Source: Polyangiaceae bacterium (GTDB lineage Bacteria > Myxococcota_A > Polyangia > Polyangiales > Polyangiaceae). Taken from it: a stretch of DNA of 64,000 nucleotides. Under the pieces are notes generated by a model. It saw only the letters and a program-made list of their open reading frames with translations. It had not been told where the DNA came from and did no database searches. The stretch spans positions 256,001 through 320,000 of the forward strand of contig JANRKO010000023.1 in NCBI GenBank assembly GCA_033763455.1, written 5' to 3'. Both the position numbers and the translations under genes were made by a program. Shown here piece after piece: positions 57,308 through 64,000 of this stretch (positions are counted from its first letter, which is position 1; every line of letters begins with the position of its first letter).

Positions 57308-58303
57308 TCAATTCTCCTCAAACGGATAACGCACCCCGAGCTCTAGGCGTGCGGCGTCCATGATCTTTGCAATCGCAAGCGATTGATCCCAGGGCACAAG
57401 CGGGCTTGCTAGGAGGCCGGCCCGCACACAACGCTGCACTTCGTCCGCCTCGTATTCATAGCCATTGCCGCGGAATGGCAGCGTCAAGGTCTCTTCCTTG
57501 CCGCCGGCCGAGAGCGTTACCTGGGTGGACTTCCAAAAGGGCTCACCGATCGATACGCGCCCTTCGGTTCCGTAAATGGTGGCGACGTGTCGGGTGTTGG
57601 TGCGCACTGCAGAATTCAGGACTCCGAGCTCGCCGCCAGAATATCGCAGCAAAATGGCGGCCTGCTCATCGACGCCCGTTTCCCCCACATGCCCCAAGGC
57701 CTTCACGGCCGTGGGCTCCTTTTCGAACACCCACTGGCAAAGCGCTATCGTGTAAACGCCCACGTCTAAAATGCTGCCGCCCGCAAGCTCCGGTGCGAGC
57801 AGCCGACTTTCGGGGTGCCACCCCATGCGAAATCCGAATGAAGCCTCCACGAGGCGGGGCTCACCTATCTTGCCCTCCTTGACCCAGCTCAAAGCCTGAG
57901 CCACTGCTGGCACAAACCGCGTCCACAGTGCCTCCATCAAGAACGTGCCCTGCTGCTTCGCTGCTGAGATGGCCCTGGAAGTACCCGCGAAGTTCGGCGT
58001 CATCGGCTTCTCACACAACACCGCTTTCTTGGCCGCGCATGCCTTCTCCACCAGCGACAGGTGAAACGGGTGCGGGGTGGCGATGTAAACCGCGTCGATC
58101 TCAGAAGAGGCTAACAGCTCCTCGTGACTTGCGAACGCGCGTGGCACATTGAACTCCGCCGCGAAAGCTTGCACGTTCGACTGCGATCGCCCGGCAACTC
58201 CGAAAAGCTGCGCCTGGGGACTGTGCAAAAGGCCGCGCGCGAACTGCTTGGCGATGGACCCGGGGCCGAGGATCCCCCAGCGAAAAGATTCATTGTATGG
58301 CAT
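57308..58303 (-). CDS. Gfo/Idh/MocA family oxidoreductase (dihydrodiol/xylose dehydrogenase-like)
   Basis: Motifs WGILGPGSIA, YIATPH, LCEKP, MEALWTRF and GGSILDVGVY. Confidence 0.92.
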   Translation of the reverse strand: MPYNESFRWGILGPGSIAKQFARGLLHSPQAQLFGVAGRSQSNVQAFAAEFNVPRAFASHEELLASSEIDAVYIATPHPFHLSLVEKACAAKKAVLCEKPMTPNFAGTSRAISAAKQQGTFLMEALWTRFVPAVAQALSWVKEGKIGEPRLVEASFGFRMGWHPESRLLAPELAGGSILDVGVYTIALCQWVFEKEPTAVKALGHVGETGVDEQAAILLRYSGGELGVLNSAVRTNTRHVATIYGTEGRVSIGEPFWKSTQVTLSAGGKEETLTLPFRGNGYEYEADEVQRCVRAGLLASPLVPWDQSLAIAKIMDAARLELGVRYPFEEN

Positions 58304-58410
58304 TATGCTGCTAGCCTATCTTAGATTAGCTCCGCGGGCTTTCCGAAAACGCCTGCCCCGTTGACGCGCCGCTTGCCGCTCAAGGTTCCAAAGTGCAAAG
58401 CTTAGGAGGG

Positions 58411-59496
58411 ATGCCCCCCGCTCACCCTTCCAACGATGCCGAAGCCGAAGCACAAGGCGCGTTGAGCCGATGGGAAAAAGCTGGAGCGAGGGTTGAGCGG
58501 CTTTCAGGTGGGCTCATCAACGCCACGTACGCCGTTGAACACAGCGCCGATCAATTCATCCTGCAGCGAGTGAATCCGATCTTTTCCGAGCTGATTCACA
58601 CCAACATTCACGCGGTCACGGAACACCTTGCGAATAAAGGGCTCACCACACCCAAGCTTGTGCCCAACAGCGAAGGGGAGTGGTTTTCGCGCGTTGAAGG
58701 GCATGTATGGCGCCTCATGACGCGCGTTTCAGGAGTGAGCCTGGAGCGCCCATCTACGGCCACGGTGGCGGAAGCGGGGCGTATGTTGGGCGTCTTTCAC
58801 CAAGCGCTGCGCGACTTAACGCATGATTTTACCGGGATGCGATCGGGAGTGCACGATACCGAGCTGCACTTAAAGCGGCTCTTGGCAGCGCTCCAGTGCT
58901 TTCCCAGCCATCGCCTCCTTGGAAAAGTGGAGCCCCTGGCGGAGAGCATTTTTCGCTCCGCCGCGGAACTGCCAGAACTCGAGGCCGGGGGAGTGCGCGT
59001 GGTCCACGGGGATCCGAAGTTCAATAATTTGCTCTTCGAGCCCGGGCCTACGCCAAGAGCCCTGTGTTGGGTTGACCTGGATACGGTTGGGCCAGCGTCG
59101 CTTGCCACCGAACTAGGCGATGCTTGGCGCTCCTGGTGCAATGTGCGTGGCGAAGATGAAGCCATGGCAGCCTTTGACCTCACCCTCTTTGAAGCGAGCG
59201 CCAAAGCCTACGGCACCGTGATGGCGGATCTCGACCCGCCGGAGCGTGAAGGCCTGCTTTACGGTATCGAGTGGATAACACTAGAGCTTTGCGCTCGGTT
59301 TCTCACCGATTCCCTCGAAGAGCGCTACTTCGGCTGGGACGCGGCACGGTTTCCGGCGGCCGGGGAACACCAACTGCTGCGGGCAGAAGGCCAATGGTCG
59401 TTGCATCAACAGGTTCTCTACACTCGCAAAGCACGTGCTCAAATCTTGGACAGAGCACTTACCCGGCCGGGGGCGGACAAACCCGAACAGAGATGA
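58411..59496 (+). CDS. aminoglycoside phosphotransferase-fold kinase (N-acetylhexosamine kinase-like)
   Basis: Motifs GGLINATY, ILQRVN, HGDPKFNN, VDLDTV, GDAWRS and RFLTD. Confidence 0.82.
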   Translation: MPPAHPSNDAEAEAQGALSRWEKAGARVERLSGGLINATYAVEHSADQFILQRVNPIFSELIHTNIHAVTEHLANKGLTTPKLVPNSEGEWFSRVEGHVWRLMTRVSGVSLERPSTATVAEAGRMLGVFHQALRDLTHDFTGMRSGVHDTELHLKRLLAALQCFPSHRLLGKVEPLAESIFRSAAELPELEAGGVRVVHGDPKFNNLLFEPGPTPRALCWVDLDTVGPASLATELGDAWRSWCNVRGEDEAMAAFDLTLFEASAKAYGTVMADLDPPEREGLLYGIEWITLELCARFLTDSLEERYFGWDAARFPAAGEHQLLRAEGQWSLHQQVLYTRKARAQILDRALTRPGADKPEQR

Positions 59497-60751
59497 CGCG
59501 GCGAGGTGAGGAGTCGACGACTTCCAAGGTAGTGAGGTCTGGGAGCCGCAGAGACTCACCTGGGTCGGGTATGCGCCCAAACATGGCCACACAGAGTCCG
59601 CCCATGGTCGTCCACGACCCTTCACTTGGAAGCGCAAGTCCTAGGACGCGATTAACGTCGCGGATCGGAGCGGCCCCGCTCACAAGTCCCGCACCACCCT
59701 CTTCCTTGCTGATGAGCACAGACATAGGCGTCTCATGCTCATGCATGATCTCCCCCACCAGCTCCTCAACCAGGTCCTCCATAGTGACGATTCCGGACAT
59801 GCCACCGTACTCGTCCACGACGATCGCGAAAGGCATGCGGTCGTGGCGCATCTCTCTTAGCATTTCAGCGGCGTTCTTGGACTCGGGCACGAAGTATGCG
59901 GAGCGCAAGACATCTTGCAGGACGATAAGACGCTGCTCCCAGGCGAGCGCCAGAAGATCCTTCACGTTCAGGTAGCCCACGATGTCGTCGATATGATCCC
60001 CGTATACCGGCATCCGAGTGTGACTGTATTCCAGCACAATGCGTCGGATCTCATCCGGGGTCGCATTACGAGAAACCATGACCACTCCTTGCCGCGGCAC
60101 CATGACATCAGCTGCGGTTAACTCTGGCAGCGCCAAGGCGCGTGTAGCGATCTCTCCCGCTTCACGATGAATAGTACCGGCATGGGTCGATTCCTCGACC
60201 AACTGCTGGAGCTCTTCTGCGGAGTGTCGGGTCTCAGTGAAGCTTGTTTTGTCACCGAAGGGCTTAAGCAAGATGTTGGCGCTCGCACTCAAGAACCAAA
60301 CCAGCGGCCTTGCCAGCCAGGAGACCACAAACAGGGCTCTCCCAATGAACAGCGCATACCGTTCCGCCGAGCGAAGCGCCAACGACTTGGGAACGAGCTC
60401 ACCTATCACAATAGAGAGATACGAAACGAGTGCAATTACCAGCCCCAGCGCCACTTGCTCCGCGTGTTCACCGATCCATGTTATCCGCGCCAGCGTCGGC
60501 GCAAGGCGTTCCGCGATGGATGCCCCGCCGAAGGCAGCCGCGGTTGCCCCAATTACCGTGATGCCAACCTGCACAGTCGCCAGGAAGCGCTCGGGCTCCT
60601 TTTTGAGCCACAGGACAGCCGCCGCAGAGGTACGCCCCTTGGCGACAAGCTCCTGGATGCGCGTTGATCGCACCGCCACCACTGCGATCTCCGCACCCGC
60701 GAAAATGCCATTGGCCAAGACCAACAAGAGTATCAGCAGAATGTCGCTCAA
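59459..60751 (-). CDS. hemolysin-family/CNNM protein (DUF21-CBS-CorC), Mg2+ transporter-like
   Basis: Motifs NGIFAGAEIA, VQVGIT, GELVPKSLA, VMVPR and VDEYGG..GIVTMEDLVEELVGEI. The TTG at 60751 has a GGGAG RBS. Confidence 0.9.
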   Translation of the reverse strand: MSDILLILLLVLANGIFAGAEIAVVAVRSTRIQELVAKGRTSAAAVLWLKKEPERFLATVQVGITVIGATAAAFGGASIAERLAPTLARITWIGEHAEQVALGLVIALVSYLSIVIGELVPKSLALRSAERYALFIGRALFVVSWLARPLVWFLSASANILLKPFGDKTSFTETRHSAEELQQLVEESTHAGTIHREAGEIATRALALPELTAADVMVPRQGVVMVSRNATPDEIRRIVLEYSHTRMPVYGDHIDDIVGYLNVKDLLALAWEQRLIVLQDVLRSAYFVPESKNAAEMLREMRHDRMPFAIVVDEYGGMSGIVTMEDLVEELVGEIMHEHETPMSVLISKEEGGAGLVSGAAPIRDVNRVLGLALPSEGSWTTMGGLCVAMFGRIPDPGESLRLPDLTTLEVVDSSPRRVISVRVCPPPAG

Positions 60752-60921
60752 CGCAGTAACTCCCAACGGCTCGAAGCCTGATGCAGCCAGGCGTGAAAAT
60801 CCACGAGGCGGGACCATGGCACGTTTCATGTGCGTTGCAAGCGTTAGGCTTGTGCGCAACCTTCTGCTGAGCTGGGAGGTCGGCCCCAGCTCTTGACCAA
60901 TCCTCAACAGAAGGCAGACTC

Positions 60922-62895
60922 GTGGCCGCCGCCTGGAATCGTCTTATGCGTTTACCTTCGTTGAACACGACTGCGCCTGCCGCAACGAACACCTTCGGAT
61001 CAATACATCTGCGTCCGCGCCTGCTCCAAGTGGCGCGCACTTTGGTCAAGCTCACGAGCGCGGCCTTCCTCTTGCATTCAAGCTCATGCGTCGGCAAGAA
61101 GGCGCCTCAAGCGACGCCACAGGTTTCGCACGAGGCCCCCCCTCCTCCGCGACCCTCGGAAATTATCTTTCCGGAGGACGCCGGACAGCTCGATCTGAAG
61201 CGCGATTTCGGAGCCTTGGGTGATGGCGTGACAGACGACACCGCAAAGTTTCAGAAAGCCGTGCGCGAGAACTCCGATCATCTTGACTCCACCACGCTCT
61301 ACCTTGCGGGAGGAACCTACCTCGTGTCCGATACGATCCAGTGGTTCTGCCGCTTGTCGCTCGTGGGTCGCTCGCAGGGAGCAACGATCATCAAACTGAA
61401 AGACAACGCACCCGGCTTTGGGGATCCAAATAACCCGCGCCCGGTCATCTCAGTCGGCGACCCGCCCAACAATGGGGACGCCATGCAGAGCTATGTGTCG
61501 AACCTCATCGTAGATACAGGTAAGGGCAACCCCGGCGCCATCGGCATCGCCTTTCAGTCGAACAACGGCGGTGGTATTGAGGATGTTACGATTCGGAGTG
61601 GCGACACCCGCGGCCACGCAGGCCTCACCACCTGGCCTTGGCCCGGCCCAGCTCTCATCAAGAATCTGCGTGTAGAAGGTTTTGACCGCGGAATTTACAC
61701 CAGCGCCAGCGAATACGACCTTACGTTCGTCAACATCACGCTGATTGGGCAAAAGCTTTTCGGATGGGAAAACGACGGGTTACCCATCGAAATAGAGAAT
61801 CTGCAGAGCTACAATTCTGTCCCAGCGTTCAAGGGCGATGGCACTGTGGTGATGATCAATAGCCACTTCCACGGGGGTGATAGCAAGCGCGTGGGTATGT
61901 TCTACAACGGTGACAGCCTCTACATGCGCAACGTCGTAGCTGATGGCTACTCCGCGGTATTGCAGGATTCGGGGGGTGCCAACGAAATCAAGGAGCTTTG
62001 GAAGGGCACCATTCACAGCAAATTTCCCTCCCCGCGAAGTTCTCTCAACCTACCGATCAAAGAGACACCCTCCGCGCCCCATCCACCGATCCAAACATGG
62101 ACGAACGTGCGGGATTTTAACCCGGAAGGGAGCGACAATTGGACGAAGGCCATCCAGGCGGCAATCGATTCCGGCACTGAAACGCTCTACTTCCCGCGCG
62201 GTGCCTACAATATTGACGCACCTCTGCACATCCGCGGAAACGTGAAACGCATCATCGGCATGCGCTCAAGTTTGAAGATCCCCAAGTCCTTCAGAGACGT
62301 GCCTATGGTGCGATTTGAAGGCACGAGCCCGAATCCCCTCATCGTCGAATACTTCAACGCGGCCTCTGAAGAATATCGATTCAACACCCTCACCTTTCAT
62401 CAAGCGGGCACGCAACCCATCGTCTTCAAGCGCTGTTACGGCAGCATCAGCAACGAACCGAACAAGGCCGATGTTTTCTTGGAAGATTTCCAGGGCATCT
62501 TGCGCCTCAAAGGCCCCATCAACGTGTGGTCGCGTTCGCTGAATATCGAAACAGAGGGAGACATGCCGGAGCTCGTCAATGACGGCGGAACGCTTTGGCT
62601 CCTCGGCTACAAGACAGAATACCAAAGCACTAACATATTTAATCGCGGCGGAGCCAAAACAGAGATGTTGGGAGGGCTCATTTACCCAGTAACTGAGCAG
62701 TGGCCCGATATTCCTTCTTTTATCAATGAGGAATCAAGCCTATCCATGATCTTCGCGTACCGCGTCTACGTGGAGCGTGCCAACCAAAACGTGATCGTAA
62801 AAGAAACTCGCGGTGGCGTGGTGCGGGAGCTTTCGAAAACTGAGGCCTTCGGCAGGGGCGCCTGGAGCCTCAACTACACCGGGTTCCAGCGTTAA
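60922..62895 (+). CDS. secreted pectate-lyase-3/GH55-like beta-helix protein
   Basis: Two PL3-type N-terminal motifs (DFGALGDGVTDDTAKFQKA...LYLAGGTYLVS; NVRDF...TKAIQAAID...LYFPRGAY). The start is uncertain. Confidence 0.8.
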   Translation: MAAAWNRLMRLPSLNTTAPAATNTFGSIHLRPRLLQVARTLVKLTSAAFLLHSSSCVGKKAPQATPQVSHEAPPPPRPSEIIFPEDAGQLDLKRDFGALGDGVTDDTAKFQKAVRENSDHLDSTTLYLAGGTYLVSDTIQWFCRLSLVGRSQGATIIKLKDNAPGFGDPNNPRPVISVGDPPNNGDAMQSYVSNLIVDTGKGNPGAIGIAFQSNNGGGIEDVTIRSGDTRGHAGLTTWPWPGPALIKNLRVEGFDRGIYTSASEYDLTFVNITLIGQKLFGWENDGLPIEIENLQSYNSVPAFKGDGTVVMINSHFHGGDSKRVGMFYNGDSLYMRNVVADGYSAVLQDSGGANEIKELWKGTIHSKFPSPRSSLNLPIKETPSAPHPPIQTWTNVRDFNPEGSDNWTKAIQAAIDSGTETLYFPRGAYNIDAPLHIRGNVKRIIGMRSSLKIPKSFRDVPMVRFEGTSPNPLIVEYFNAASEEYRFNTLTFHQAGTQPIVFKRCYGSISNEPNKADVFLEDFQGILRLKGPINVWSRSLNIETEGDMPELVNDGGTLWLLGYKTEYQSTNIFNRGGAKTEMLGGLIYPVTEQWPDIPSFINEESSLSMIFAYRVYVERANQNVIVKETRGGVVRELSKTEAFGRGAWSLNYTGFQR

Positions 62896-64000
62896 TTCGC
62901 CGGGCAGCCCGCCACTCCAGCACAATTCATGATCTCTTGGGTAGTGAGCACTCGATTGTAAACACGGACATCATCAATGCCGCCGCTGAATCCACGCATA
63001 TCAGGGTTGTTGCTCTTGCCGATCGAGAGAAGGTGAGCGCCCGTTATCGCCGCTCCATTAGCGCCGGAGCCCGAATCAACACCATCCAACCAAATGCGCA
63101 CCTCCCCCGCGGCGTTCATCGTACCAGCTAGGTGGTGCCAGGCGTTGCCCGAAGGCACCGAACAGATGCCTTCCCCGCCCCCAGAGATCCAGGTTAAGTC
63201 GTCTGCATCCCAGTAGAGATAGATAGCCGTCTCCCAATCAAGTAAGCCGGCTTCATAGCCGTAGGAAATCGCCCCGCTTTCATTCTTGAACCACAAGCTA
63301 ACCGTTAGATTGGATAAGCTGCCTAGATTGACGTTTGACTTGGTCGCCGCGCCGTCGCAATCGTTGTATCGGGGTGTGCCTGTGCCCAGCGTGAGGCTCT
63401 TCCCGAGCTTGCCGGCCGTGCCAAGGCTGGCACATCCAGTGAGCGTGAGCGTATGGCCATTGCCCGTAGCGTCCGCCGCGGTGGTGCCATTCGCTTCGTC
63501 AAACGTCCAGTGAGCGATAAGGCTACTGCCGCTGCTTCCGCCGGTCCCGCTTCCACCACTCGACGTTCCTCCAGTGGCACTCGACCCGCCGCTTCCGCCG
63601 CTCGATGTGCCTCCAGTGGCACTCGACCCGCCGCTTCCGCCGCTCGATGTGCCTCCAATGGCACTCGACCCGCCGCTTCCGCCGCTCGATGTGCCTCCAG
63701 TGGCACTTGTGCCTCCCGTTGCCGTGCTCCCCCCAGCACCCGTTGTCCCGCCAGCCTTGCCTGTGGTTCCGCCGGTGCTCGCACCGCCAGTCCCAAACCC
63801 CGTGCCGCCTGTTTTCCCGCCAGTGCCGCCGGCTCCCACGTTCGACGTTCCTCCCGTGGTCACGATATTTGTTCCGCCACTGCCTCCCAACTTCCCGCCT
63901 GTGCCGCTAGCACCACCACTCACCGCGCTGCTACCGCCCATTTCGTCGATAGCCCCGCGCAACCCCGACCCGCCGCCTCCGGTACCACCCGCCGAACACG
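62892..64000 (-). CDS. LamG/concanavalin-like domain protein with Gly/Ser/Thr linker (5' truncated by window edge)
   Basis: Motifs IAHWTFDE, TVSLWF, WHHLAG, WLDG and FSGGIDDVRVYNRVL. The frame stays open to the window end. Confidence 0.85.
   Translation of the reverse strand, partial: CSAGGTGGGGSGLRGAIDEMGGSSAVSGGASGTGGKLGGSGGTNIVTTGGTSNVGAGGTGGKTGGTGFGTGGASTGGTTGKAGGTTGAGGSTATGGTSATGGTSSGGSGGSSAIGGTSSGGSGGSSATGGTSSGGSGGSSATGGTSSGGSGTGGSSGSSLIAHWTFDEANGTTAADATGNGHTLTLTGCASLGTAGKLGKSLTLGTGTPRYNDCDGAATKSNVNLGSLSNLTVSLWFKNESGAISYGYEAGLLDWETAIYLYWDADDLTWISGGGEGICSVPSGNAWHHLAGTMNAAGEVRIWLDGVDSGSGANGAAITGAHLLSIGKSNNPDMRGFSGGIDDVRVYNRVLTTQEIMNCAGVAGCPAN
63571..63706. repeat. 42-bp coding tandem repeat, ~3.2 copies
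   Basis: Unit CCAGTGGCACTCGACCCGCCGCTTCCGCCGCTCGATGTGCCT encodes GGTSSGGSGGSSAT; one substitution in the third copy. Confidence 0.9.

Overview
This is a GC-rich bacterial chromosome segment, most likely from Myxococcota (probably Polyangiales). The inference rests on DUF2378-like proteins, Hanks kinases, Cys-rich Gly-linker lipoproteins and OmpA/TSP3; no database search was run. The left part (1-27.2 kb) is mostly core genome. It carries an NtrC-type regulator, a NamZ/DUF1343-DUF692(MNIO)-DUF2063 operon with no visible precursor peptide, folP-cdaA-cdaR, glpK, an FHA-GAF-adenylate cyclase, accA, gap-pgk-tpiA-secG, a membrane glycosyltransferase, an OmpA/Cys-rich lipoprotein pair, a cysteine desulfurase and initiator tRNA-Met. 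After the tRNA lies an accessory region. It starts with an Rpn/YhgA nuclease that has an internal RBS for a small C-terminal protein. A ~15 kb biosynthetic-plus-signalling cassette follows: a single-module reducing type I PKS ending in an unusual tandem hotdog-like domain, an O-methyltransferase, a ThDP enzyme and a small STAS/SEC14-like protein. This cassette is bracketed by paralogous Ser/Thr kinase and DUF2378 modules, split on the left and fused on the right, and is the best candidate for an undescribed system. Further right are two vapBC-type toxin-antitoxin pairs, large Cys-rich surface proteins, an ars operon, oxidoreductases, a CNNM/hemolysin protein and polysaccharide-related proteins. 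A palindrome family (AGATACTTAGCATGCTAAGTATCT) recurs four times in intergenic DNA. All family assignments come from motif recognition by eye.
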